Below are positions 11,417-19,985 of a stretch of 32,000 bases of DNA, piece after piece. Within the stretch, counting starts at the first letter, position 1, and each line of letters begins with the position of its first letter. The position numbers and the translations under genes were made by a program. Under the pieces are notes generated by a model that worked only from the letters and a program-made list of their open reading frames with translations, searched no databases and was not told where the DNA came from. Source of the stretch: Flavobacteriaceae bacterium (GTDB taxonomy: Bacteria > Bacteroidota > Bacteroidia > Flavobacteriales > Flavobacteriaceae); assembly GCA_965224465.1 (NCBI GenBank), contig OZ245049.1, positions 5,100,001 to 5,132,000 of the forward strand, written 5' to 3'.

Positions 11417-12961
11417 ATGATTAGCATGTATACAAAACAAGAAATAATACTTCAATATTATCGTGAAGGTAAAAGTCAGCGATTTATTTCCAAAGATTTA
11501 AGAATTAGCAGAACTACGGTCAAAAAATACATTGATCAATACGTTGCTTCCGAAAACAAGGAAAACACACAGGTAGACACTACTAAGTTGTCTGCTCCAA
11601 TGTACCATGTAGGAATGCGTCCTAAAATTTGTTTAACACCTGAAATACAATCTGCTATTGATTTACTTTTAGAAAAAAACAAAGAAAACAAATCACAAGG
11701 TCTACGGAAACAGTTATTAAAAAAGATAGATATTTATCAGCGTCTTAAACAGCAGGGTTTTTCTATTGGATACACTACTGTTTGCAACTACATTAGGGAG
11801 AAAACAAAGGGACTAAGTAAAAAAGAAGCCTTTATTCGTCAGTCGTACACTCCAGGAGGTAGTTGTGAATTTGACTGGGGAGAACTTAAACTCCATATAG
11901 GGAACGAGTTGGTAAGGCTTCAATTGGCAGTATTTACAGCAACTTACAGTAATTATCGCTATGCGGTACTTTATCATCGCCAAGACACCTTAGCATTTAT
12001 GGAGTCTCATATTGACTTTCACAGTCATGTAGAGGGTGTTTATCAAGAAATGATTTATGATAATATGCGTGTAGCTGTAGCTAAATTTATCGGAAGAACG
12101 GAAAAAGAACCTACACAAGCATTGTTAGATTTAAAGGGGCATTATAATTTTAGACATCGTTTTTGCAACGTTCGTAAAGGAAATGAAAAAGGACATGTGG
12201 AGAGAAGTGTCGAATACATAAGGCGAAAAGCTTTTAGTTTTGATACTAAATTTGATTCCATAGAGTCTGCACAGTCTCATTTATTAGAAACATTAAACAC
12301 CTTAAATAACACGAAACAACAGCTTACGGAAAAAACAGCGATGGAGCTTTTCTCTTTAGAGAAGCCTTTTTTACACAAACAACCGTATCCACTTAAGTGC
12401 TGTTATACAAAGGAATATCGAGTAGATAAATACGCTACGATTGGTTTTTTACAAAATCGATATTCAGTACCCGACAGCTTAGTAGGAGAATTTGTTTCTG
12501 TAAAAATATACAGTTTAAAATTAGAAATATACCATGTAAACAAACATGTAGCTGATCATCTTCGTAGTTATGAAGTGCATAAATGGCTTGTTAATATTGA
12601 GCATTATCTCGATACTTTTAAGCGAAAACCAGGAGCACTCCGTGACAGTGTTGCTTTATTAAATAGTAACTATTTAAAAGAAATATTTGTGCAATTTTTC
12701 ACAGAAAAACCAAAAGAATTTATTGAGTTACTTATCTTTTGCAAGAAATATCAAATAGATAATGAGCATTTAGAAACCACTGTAGAGCGCCTATCTAAAG
12801 GCAGCTCAGGAGCTCTTACTTTGGAAAAAATAAAAGCATTACTAGGGAATAAAACCGAAGATGAAAAAGTGATCGCGTTTACAAAAAACCAAACCTACAA
12901 TTTTGCAAAAAGTCATTTATATGAACTAACCAGTTTAATGAATCAAAACCTATCATCATGA
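11417..12961 (+). CDS. istA: IS21 family transposase IstA
   Basis: N-terminal HTH (GKSQRFISKDLRISRTTVKKYI), DDE-type core, 514 aa. The stop overlaps the istB start (ATGA at 12958-12961). Confidence 0.9.
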   Translation: MISMYTKQEIILQYYREGKSQRFISKDLRISRTTVKKYIDQYVASENKENTQVDTTKLSAPMYHVGMRPKICLTPEIQSAIDLLLEKNKENKSQGLRKQLLKKIDIYQRLKQQGFSIGYTTVCNYIREKTKGLSKKEAFIRQSYTPGGSCEFDWGELKLHIGNELVRLQLAVFTATYSNYRYAVLYHRQDTLAFMESHIDFHSHVEGVYQEMIYDNMRVAVAKFIGRTEKEPTQALLDLKGHYNFRHRFCNVRKGNEKGHVERSVEYIRRKAFSFDTKFDSIESAQSHLLETLNTLNNTKQQLTEKTAMELFSLEKPFLHKQPYPLKCCYTKEYRVDKYATIGFLQNRYSVPDSLVGEFVSVKIYSLKLEIYHVNKHVADHLRSYEVHKWLVNIEHYLDTFKRKPGALRDSVALLNSNYLKEIFVQFFTEKPKEFIELLIFCKKYQIDNEHLETTVERLSKGSSGALTLEKIKALLGNKTEDEKVIAFTKNQTYNFAKSHLYELTSLMNQNLSS

Positions 12962-13734
12962 TAACGACAAGCAACACACATATACAAATAGCACAATACA
13001 GTAAAAATCTTCGTTTACCAATATTTGGAAGAGACTTTGAACAACTCGCCATTGAGTCTACTGAAACAGGAGCTTCTTATGAAGATTTTTTACTACAATT
13101 AATGGAAAGAGAATATGAAAGAAGGTTAGAAAACAGGAAAAAAAGCCAGATACGACAGGCTGGTTTTCCTTCAAAAATGTATTTAGATGAGTTGAATTTA
13201 GAACAACTTCCCATAGATGCAAAAGACAAACTTCCTATATTAGAACGCCTCGATTTTATAAAATCAGGTCAAAACATAATACTAGCAGGGAATCCAGGAA
13301 CAGGAAAAACACACATAGCAACAGGACTTGGATTAAAAGCTTGTATGCAAGGATATAAGGTGCTTTTTATAACAGTACACCGTTTGTTAACCTTACTGAG
13401 AGAGTCACACTCAAACAGAACATTAAGGCAAGTAGAGCTCCGTTTTGAAAAGTACGATTTGGTGATATGTGACGAATTTGGCTACGTTTCTTTTGACAGA
13501 AGTGGCGCAGAACTACTCTTTAATCACCTTTCATTAAGAACAGGTCGAAAATCAACGATTATAACCACTAACTTAGGCTTTGATCATTGGGAAGAAATAT
13601 TTGGTGACCCTATATTAACTGCCGCTTTAGTAGATCGTCTCACACACAAGGCTCATTTAATAAATATGAATGGAGCCTCTTATCGCCTAAAAGAAACCAA
13701 AGAAATGAATGCCCTAAAAACAAACGAAAAATGA
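12958..13734 (+). CDS. istB: IS21 helper ATPase IstB (AAA+)
   Basis: Walker A GNPGTGKTH and Walker B LVICDEFGY, 258 aa, translationally coupled to istA. Confidence 0.9.
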   Translation: MITTSNTHIQIAQYSKNLRLPIFGRDFEQLAIESTETGASYEDFLLQLMEREYERRLENRKKSQIRQAGFPSKMYLDELNLEQLPIDAKDKLPILERLDFIKSGQNIILAGNPGTGKTHIATGLGLKACMQGYKVLFITVHRLLTLLRESHSNRTLRQVELRFEKYDLVICDEFGYVSFDRSGAELLFNHLSLRTGRKSTIITTNLGFDHWEEIFGDPILTAALVDRLTHKAHLINMNGASYRLKETKEMNALKTNEK

Positions 13735-13758
13735 AAAAAAACATCCAAAACCCAACTT

Positions 13759-13802
13759 CACAAGACATTAAAAAAAGGGTACCCTTTTTTTAATGTCTTG
13801 TG
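13759..13802 (+). terminator. Long perfect hairpin inside the IS21 right arm (likely istB terminator)
   Basis: cacaagacattaaaaaaagggt / accctttttttaatgtcttgtg, an essentially perfect 44-nt palindrome 25 nt after the istB stop. Confidence 0.6.
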
Positions 13803-13944
13803 AAACCAGTTTTTTTATTTAAATTTACTGGTATACTTTTCGACTGAAATAGTGGTATACTTTTGGGTTAATATAAACATATTACTCAGTATCCGTCCGA
13901 CGAAGTACGTATAGGAATTAAAAATACATAAAAAATCCTCGATT

Positions 13945-15630
13945 TTATTGATCGAGGTTTAAATTTTGTGGAAATAGCTCATTTAGCTTTCGAGCATTGT
14001 AATCAGGGATTATATCCAGTACTTTTTTCATCCATTTATAGGGGTTTACTTGGTGTTTTTTACAAGTCCCAAAAAAGGAGTAGAACATGGCAGCATTTTT
14101 TGCAGCATCATGGCTACCTGCAAATAAATAATTTTTACGTCCAATAGCTAATGTTCTGATAGATCCTTCTACCAGGTTATTATCTAGTTCTAAAGTACCG
14201 TCATACAGGTAGGCTTTTAAGTAGTCCCATCGTTTTAATGTATAAGTGATTGCTTTTCCTAAGGAACTTTTAGGTAAGCTTCCTTGGGTGTTATGGATCA
14301 ACCATTTTATAAATGTATCCATTATTGGTTGTGCTTTATCTAGGCGATAAGCATGCCGTTGCTCAGGAGTAAATTCCTGTTTTTTACAATGTCGCTCAAT
14401 GGCATATAATTGTTGAATGAGTACCATCGCATGACTCGCTTTTACTTTGTCATAGTCTAGTGCTTTCTCAAAATAACGACGTGCATGTGCCATTCACCCT
14501 ACTAAAGTGACATCTTTTTTATGTGCAAATTCATCATATACAGCGTAGCCATCTGTTTGTAAATACCCTTTAAAGTTTTTAAGCATTTCTCTAGGTCCAT
14601 GTTTAGATCTAGAGGGACGATAATCAAACAATACCATTTTTTGTATGGGTGAATAGTACACCCAATGATATCCAGTATGAGTTTTTCCTTTTTTCTGTTT
14701 GTCTAGCACTGGAATAGTTGATTCATCGGCCTGTACATATCCTTGTGACAGCACCGTGTTTTTCATAGCCTGATACAGCGGCTTAAGTAAGTGTCCTAAG
14801 CTGTTTTGCCATCCATTTATTGTAGATGAACTTATAGAGATTCCTTCTCGTTTAAAACGTTCTATCTGTCGATAATACGGTAAGTGATCTAAGAATTTAT
14901 CAATCAATAGCTGTGCTAGCAGGCTGTTTGATGCTACAGATTTTTCAATAGCAAAACTTGGTAAATCAGCCATAATAACGGTCTTAATACCTAAAGGGTT
15001 TCCATTGTCAATCAATGTGTCTTGTACTTTCTTTTTTAAGGCGTATTTTGGTCTGACATATCGTTTTATGTATAGCTTTGTGGGTACAAGTTCTAATTTA
15101 TCTGTAATTTCTTCACCTATTTTTATTCGGTTCTCTATAGTCTCTTTAGGCTCTAAATTAATAATTTCAACAGGTAAATGACTGGGGAGATTTAAACTTC
15201 CAATCGTTCTTTTTTTAGCCTTTTTACGTTGATATGTAATGTTTACAGGAGCTTCTTCTTCCTGGGGCATCTCTTTTAAAACTTCGAAAGGGAGTTGCAT
15301 TTGAAAAGGGTTATTAGCCATTATAAAACGCTCACGTTTTGTCCCAAAAATCATACGACGTAATTGCTCTAATTGAAATTGTCCATATCCGTATTTTGTC
15401 TCTAATTCTTTATATTGAGCTTCTAGGATAGCCTTTTGTAAAGTAACGTCTTTTGTCTTTATAGTAAGTAACTCATTCTTTGCGCTAAGAGAACTTGTCT
15501 TTGTATTAAGTAACTCATTCTTTGAGCTAAGAGAATTTGTCTTTTTGATAAGTAAATCTGACTTAGAATTAGCCTCCTGTAATAGGGCTATAAGTGCTTT
15601 TTTTGATAGCTGTTCTAAGTCTTTTTCCAT
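13945..15630 (-). pseudogene. IS66 family transposase (TnpC) interrupted by one in-frame TGA
   Basis: Track ORFs 14494-15630 and 13945-14493 are contiguous in the same frame. The junction reads ...DVTLVG-TGA-MAHARRYFEKAL, so the stop sits where IS66 transposases carry the Cys of the C(W/M)AHARR motif. Confidence 0.8.
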
Positions 15631-15698
15631 ACATTAAATATACGAAAAATATACATGAACAGCCTGGTTTTATTAGGTTTTTTACCTGTAAAAAGACA

Positions 15699-16040
15699 TT
15701 AATAACGTTTCCTTTGTTGGATGTTTTTGATAGACAGTCCATCAAGAAGCATCACCATTTGGCTGTATTTCATTTGTATACTTCCTTTCAGATTATCATA
15801 CACCGGAAGTTCAAAAGTACCTCGTTCCAATCGTTTATAATACAGTACAAATCCACCTGCTTGCCAATGCAATAGTTTTATTTTGTTTCGAGGTTTATTT
15901 ATGAAGATAAAAACAGCTCCATTACTAGGATCCTCTTCTAAATTATTACGGATAACACCTGACAAACCATTAAATCCTTTACGCATATCTGTGGGTTCTA
16001 GGTGCAGATGAAAATCAAGTTCACTTGAAAGATTTAGCAT
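15699..16040 (-). CDS. tnpB: IS66 Orf2-like accessory protein TnpB
   Basis: 113 aa with TDMRKGFNGLSGVI and LLHWQAGGFVLYYKRLERG, hallmark strings of IS66 Orf2. It lies 1 nt downstream of tnpA. Confidence 0.85.
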   Translation of the reverse strand: MLNLSSELDFHLHLEPTDMRKGFNGLSGVIRNNLEEDPSNGAVFIFINKPRNKIKLLHWQAGGFVLYYKRLERGTFELPVYDNLKGSIQMKYSQMVMLLDGLSIKNIQQRKRY

Positions 16041-16041
16041 A

Positions 16042-16350
16042 TTACAAATGAATTAAATTTTGTAAATCGACAAGTGTAATCTCTTTGTTAATGACCAAAT
16101 TTACACCTGTTGGATACTCGATTTTAAAACTATCTAAAATAGAATTTCTGCTGTTTTCAATAGGAGCATCAATAAGTTCAACCTTTGAAAATCCACTGGC
16201 ATTTTTGGAGGTCAATTTCTTATTCCAGTACCTAAATTTACAAAGTGTAATTTTATGACTTTTACAATAATCTTCCAAGGTTAAATCACTCAACTTCCAA
16301 TCGGAAACAACAGCTGCCATATAGGCTCGTTTTTCTTCGTTTTTTCTCAT
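16042..16350 (-). CDS. tnpA: IS66 accessory protein TnpA (HTH)
   Basis: 102-aa first ORF of the IS66 three-gene set, in the expected position and size. Confidence 0.7.
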   Translation of the reverse strand: MRKNEEKRAYMAAVVSDWKLSDLTLEDYCKSHKITLCKFRYWNKKLTSKNASGFSKVELIDAPIENSRNSILDSFKIEYPTGVNLVINKEITLVDLQNLIHL

Positions 16351-16407
16351 GCGTCAAAAATAGAAGCTATTTTTCTACTAAAAAATATGGGGATGGTCGG
16401 ACGGATA

Positions 16408-17201
16408 CATTACTCACACTACCATTTGATTGTTTTTTGTGAAAAATTTAATCAGTGAGTCGTTGTAGTTCAGTATTTCAATAATATCACAGGATCTTAT
16501 AATCAAACAAAAATATGTAACCACTGGAGTGGTGAGGGCGAGGTCTTCCTGTTATTTAGTTGGAGTCATCTACTTGATTGGACGTACACCTTATTTATAA
16601 TTAGATTTTGTTAGATATTTTCCGTTAATATATGTAACAACATCCTTTTTGTTTTTAATAAATTCAATATTATTAGTATCGATTATCTCTTCACTATTTA
16701 TTCTAATTGTAAGCGAATTTTTTTTGAGTGAAAACGAAAACTTTATAGGGTTTTTAAGATTGTTCTTTATTTTTAAATCTTTAAAACCATAGACAACAGT
16801 AGCGTCAGAACCTAATGGCGTAAACCTTGTTTCATTTGTATATATGTCTGTTGAATGATTATATCTTTCTATAATATCAAGATTTGCATATAAACTCGCA
16901 TAATATATAATTCCTGATAATTGGCATAAACCACCACCATAAGTTGGTGTTATTTTTCCATTCACTATTGACCGACTTTCTACAAATCCATTTTTTTTCG
17001 AAGGAGCACCAACTACTTTCCAAAATGAAAATATTTCATTTGGATTTAGTTGATTTTTTTCGATTTTATTAATAGCAATTTTAAAATTTTCAAGTTTTGC
17101 AGTTGATGATGCAGTTTGTTTTATTTTTTGAACAATTTCTATATTTCCAATATAATTGATTTGTTTGTCCGTGGTTTTAGCATATTTAAAAGTATTACCA
17201 T
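16408..17201 (+). repeat. 794-bp direct repeat, copy 1 (duplicate of 24397-25190)
   Basis: Collinear, near-identical by eye to 24397-25190, with scattered substitutions and single-base differences in A/T runs. It starts exactly at the IS66 target duplication and ends at ...aaaagtattaccat. Confidence 0.9.
16591..17201 (-). pseudogene. 5'-truncated VanW-like gene copy
   Basis: The track ORF 16591-16965 is identical over 124 aa to the C-terminus of 24580-25266. Homology continues in frame to 17201, but the first ~25 codons and the start codon are replaced by unrelated sequence. Confidence 0.8.
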
Positions 17202-17293
17202 TTGGGTCACCGATTATTTTGAAAGGGAATTATGAATTTGATTGGAGTGAACCAACTGAAGATATTTACTTTACAAAGATAGAAATTTAACTT

Positions 17294-17731
17294 ATGGATG
17301 AACTAATAAAGCAAGCCTTAAATGAATACTTTGCAGATTTTAAAAAGTATCATTTAATTATTCTCATTTGTTTCGTTATAATAATTGGTCTTATCCAACT
17401 TTTCCAATCAATATGGGTTTCGAATAAAATTGAAAGGTTTAAAACTGACTTGAAAAAGTCTGAAATTAAATTCTCAAGATATAATGAACTTCAAATAAAC
17501 TCATTGAGAGAGATTTATCATAAACTTGTTGCTTTTCAACTTGCAAACAACCTAATTTTTAAGTCTAAACCTAAAAGTGTTGGACATTCTAAATATAAAA
17601 ACAGAATTAACGAGTGGATTAAAAGTTATATTGAATGTGCAAACGAATTTGCTCGTGAAAAAATACTGTTAACAGACAAATTAAAATCATTATTTACAAG
17701 AACTCTCACTAGCATCCGAAAGTTTTCATAA
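17294..17731 (+). CDS. Hypothetical single-pass membrane protein
   Basis: 145 aa with one hydrophobic helix (HLIILICFVIIIGLIQLFQSIWV) followed by a helical K/E-rich region. No family recognised. It ends a few nt before the presumed IS4 end. Confidence 0.45.
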   Translation: MDELIKQALNEYFADFKKYHLIILICFVIIIGLIQLFQSIWVSNKIERFKTDLKKSEIKFSRYNELQINSLREIYHKLVAFQLANNLIFKSKPKSVGHSKYKNRINEWIKSYIECANEFAREKILLTDKLKSLFTRTLTSIRKFS

Positions 17732-17734
17732 ATT

Positions 17735-19170
17735 GTAATTTTTCACTCTGTAAGCCAATGAAACTAAGAGGTCCCTCTATTTTAGATGGAAAATAAGTCA
17801 GGCTGAAGCTTTAAATTACCTTGAGGATTTTCTCTTATTCTCTTAGCTCCTTCGCCTACTTGGTTACAGACGTAGTCTAGTGTGAGATAAAATGTGAGGC
17901 AAATTCTTATTTTTTCTACAAAATTAGAAAAAGCATGTTTTTTATTGGCTACTGTTCTTACTATTAATTGAAGTAGTAGATAATTGATTAGGGCAATATA
18001 AATTTGTGACTTTACTGCATTTTCATTTGTTCCTACAAATGTTTTAATTTGTAAATTTTGTTTAATTGCCTTAAAAAACAACTCTATATCCCAACGTTTT
18101 TTATACAGGTCTGCAATTGTTCTTGCTTTCCAATCTAATTGATTTGTGATGATTTCTATAACCTTATTTTCGTCAGGTTTGTAGACATGTACTAACCGTA
18201 ATTCTACTTGATTAATTCCTGTTTTTATAGCTTTCGGACTTGTTAATATAATGATTTCGTCTTTCAAAATATCTTGATCTACTTCTTCTGGAAGGCCTAA
18301 TTCTCGTACCGTTTTAAAGACTGTATTTGTCTTTATCCTAGTGACAAAAACGTTTTCGGCTATTACACGCTGCATCATTAAATCAAAATCAAAATACGCT
18401 CTATCCTCAACGAAAATAGTGTTTTTAACGAAAATCAACTGCTTTAATCCATACCTGTCATGAAGTTTTGCAGGAGTAATATTAACAACATCTGGTATCA
18501 TCATGGTGTCATCCCAACAAGTGTGTATTTTAATACCTCCTTTAGCTGTCCGAAACTTTGCCCAATCAAACATCGACAGACATAGACTGATTACTGAGCT
18601 ATCGATCAGTTTAATATTACGGTCTCTAATTTCTTCAATAATATGAGATTTATGGCGCTTTGAAAGTATATGTTTGTAATGTGTTAAAAGCCTACTGTAT
18701 AAAGTCTCAAAGACTTTATAGCTACGTTTTTTATTACCATCACTCATCGTTGAACGGGCAGGGCTTTGAACCAGGCCTAATTTGGCTATAAATCCTTCGG
18801 ACACTCCAATACCAGTAGAAATATCACTTAAAGTAAGGCATTTATTCAGCTGTCCGAAAGTTAAGGCGACAAACTGGTCATAAGTCTTGTACTTACTGCA
18901 GCCTTTGTCACTTTTATGTTCTGCGGTACAACGATTCAACATCCAACGAGGTACTAAATCTATTATTTGGCGGATTAAAGGAGTATTTGTATTTTTGATT
19001 CGCTTGAAGAGTCCCATAAAATTATTTTTATTTTTACTTAACAAAAATAAGGGATTCTCAGGCTTTTTAAAAATCAGACTTTCGGATAGTTGTGTAATTT
19101 TATGTTTTAAAATTGAAACTATAAGGTAGTGATTTTTACTTTTATGTAGAATATGAGTGTAAAAGCTACC
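17735..19170 (-). mobile_element. IS4-family insertion sequence (boundaries approximate)
   Basis: A single DDE transposase gene flanked by weak inverted repeats: taatttttcactc near 17736, against the reverse complement of gagtgtaaaagcta near 19155. No target duplication identified. Confidence 0.45.
17782..19017 (-). CDS. IS4 family DDE transposase (DUF4372-type N-terminus)
   Basis: MGLFKRI...IIDLVPRW...FDQFVALTFGQL N-terminal region. DDE core strings LIDSSVISL, VEDRAYFDFD and YKKRWDIELFFKAIKQNL (Y-2-R-3-E-6-K signature). ATG at 19017 preferred over the TTG at 19044. Confidence 0.85.
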   Translation of the reverse strand: MGLFKRIKNTNTPLIRQIIDLVPRWMLNRCTAEHKSDKGCSKYKTYDQFVALTFGQLNKCLTLSDISTGIGVSEGFIAKLGLVQSPARSTMSDGNKKRSYKVFETLYSRLLTHYKHILSKRHKSHIIEEIRDRNIKLIDSSVISLCLSMFDWAKFRTAKGGIKIHTCWDDTMMIPDVVNITPAKLHDRYGLKQLIFVKNTIFVEDRAYFDFDLMMQRVIAENVFVTRIKTNTVFKTVRELGLPEEVDQDILKDEIIILTSPKAIKTGINQVELRLVHVYKPDENKVIEIITNQLDWKARTIADLYKKRWDIELFFKAIKQNLQIKTFVGTNENAVKSQIYIALINYLLLQLIVRTVANKKHAFSNFVEKIRICLTFYLTLDYVCNQVGEGAKRIRENPQGNLKLQPDLFSI

Positions 19171-19369
19171 TTTAGGTTTGGTTCAACACCATGTATAATT
19201 AATTACTTGGTCACTGCCGACTTACTAACATTTCTGCGGAATATTTTATATGTGATTTAGTTGCTAAATTAGATGCTTAACTACGCAACAAACCATACAC
19301 ATAAACGTTCTAAGCAATTGCTCACTCAAACGGAAAAGTATAGCGTAATCTAAAAAAAGAAAAAGAATT

Positions 19370-19948
19370 ATGGCAGGAAAACCAATAGCAACGTTAGGCA
19401 GTATGTGTACTTGCGTTGGGTCACAAGATATGATTGCACAACGGAATCCAACTGTATTAATCAATGGAAAAGCTATAGCTTGTGTTGGAGATTTGACTGC
19501 TAATGGAGGTGTGATTGTTTCTGGTTTTTCAAATATTATTATTGGTAGTAAAACGCCTGAACCTCCTACAGTAATACAACCTATCAAAAAAACACCTTTT
19601 CCTAAAATTACTTTTACAAACAGAGTTTTGGGTAATGCTAAAAAAGCTATAGCTAATCAAAAAGCTTTACGTAATGAATCTGAAAAAACAGACGGAGAAC
19701 CCAAAATATATAACTATCAATGGCGTAAAGTAGAAACGGTGATACGTAACCGTAAAGTTTTAAAAATTGTTACTTTAACTGCTGATGTACTAAATATTCT
19801 TGACGGACAAACCGCTACCATCAAAGTAATGAATCCGTCAGACAATGAAAATGAAGAAGAAAAAATAATAGAATTGACAAGAACTGTTCAATACAAAAAA
19901 GTAACTGTAGAATGGGTGTTAGAAGAATCACAACAAGAAAATAAATAG
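19370..19948 (+). CDS. PAAR-like domain protein (contractile-injection spike tip) with a ~125-aa C-terminal extension
   Basis: The N-terminal 60 aa, MAGKPIATLGSMCTCVG...VLINGKAIACVGDLTANGGVIVSGFSNIIIGS, reproduce the G-x-P-A-A-R/G-D and V-x-I-N-G repeats of PAAR proteins. A Pro-rich linker (TPEPPTVIQPIKKTPFP) and a beta-rich extension follow. Confidence 0.6.
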   Translation: MAGKPIATLGSMCTCVGSQDMIAQRNPTVLINGKAIACVGDLTANGGVIVSGFSNIIIGSKTPEPPTVIQPIKKTPFPKITFTNRVLGNAKKAIANQKALRNESEKTDGEPKIYNYQWRKVETVIRNRKVLKIVTLTADVLNILDGQTATIKVMNPSDNENEEEKIIELTRTVQYKKVTVEWVLEESQQENK

Positions 19949-19985
19949 CATTAAAAACAACACAAACCACTAAAAGTAGATTGCT

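Larger units (their letters stand above)
11327..13879 (+). mobile_element. IS21 family insertion sequence, complete (istA + istB)
   Basis: The left end tgtatatgttaaccgaaaaccataccacc.attaaccgaaaagtataccac matches the reverse complement of the right end, tgtttatattaacccaaaagtataccac...cgaaaagtataccag. Multiple terminal direct repeats are typical of IS21. Boundaries are good to about +/-3 nt. Confidence 0.85.
13889..16407 (-). mobile_element. IS66 family insertion sequence (tnpA, tnpB, transposase) with an 8-bp target site duplication
   Basis: Terminal inverted repeat gtatccgtccgac (13889-13901) pairs with gtcggacggatac (16395-16407). Flanking direct repeats ATTACTCA lie at 13881-13888 and 16408-16415. 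The three-ORF organisation is typical of IS66. Confidence 0.9.

Noticed and set aside
14494-14496. In-frame TGA read as selenocysteine or another recoding event
   Set aside because: No SECIS-like hairpin was noticed immediately downstream, the host gene is a transposase, and a simple Cys-codon-to-TGA nonsense mutation explains it.
15594-15875. 93-aa plus-strand ORF
   Set aside because: Antisense across the IS66 transposase start and tnpB. The IS66 gene set explains the region.
16611-16623. Apparent extra T in a T-run of the truncated vanW copy relative to the intact copy (24601-24612)
   Set aside because: By my hand count, the extra T would shift the last 9 codons. The supplied ORF track instead gives an identical C-terminus for both copies. 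I could not reconcile the two, so I do not report it. The locus is a pseudogene either way.
18887-19129. 80-aa plus-strand ORF
   Set aside because: Antisense to the 5' end of the IS4-family transposase gene.
19173-19180. TAGGTTTG as a -7 promoter box for the PAAR operon at the IS4 edge
   Set aside because: It matches TAnnTTTG, but there is no TTG at the expected -33 distance and it lies about 190 nt from the start codon. That is too weak to call.
19264-19587. 107-aa minus-strand ORF overlapping the PAAR gene start
   Set aside because: Antisense to a frame with clear PAAR-like repeats. It is hydrophobic and low-complexity, typical of a shadow ORF.
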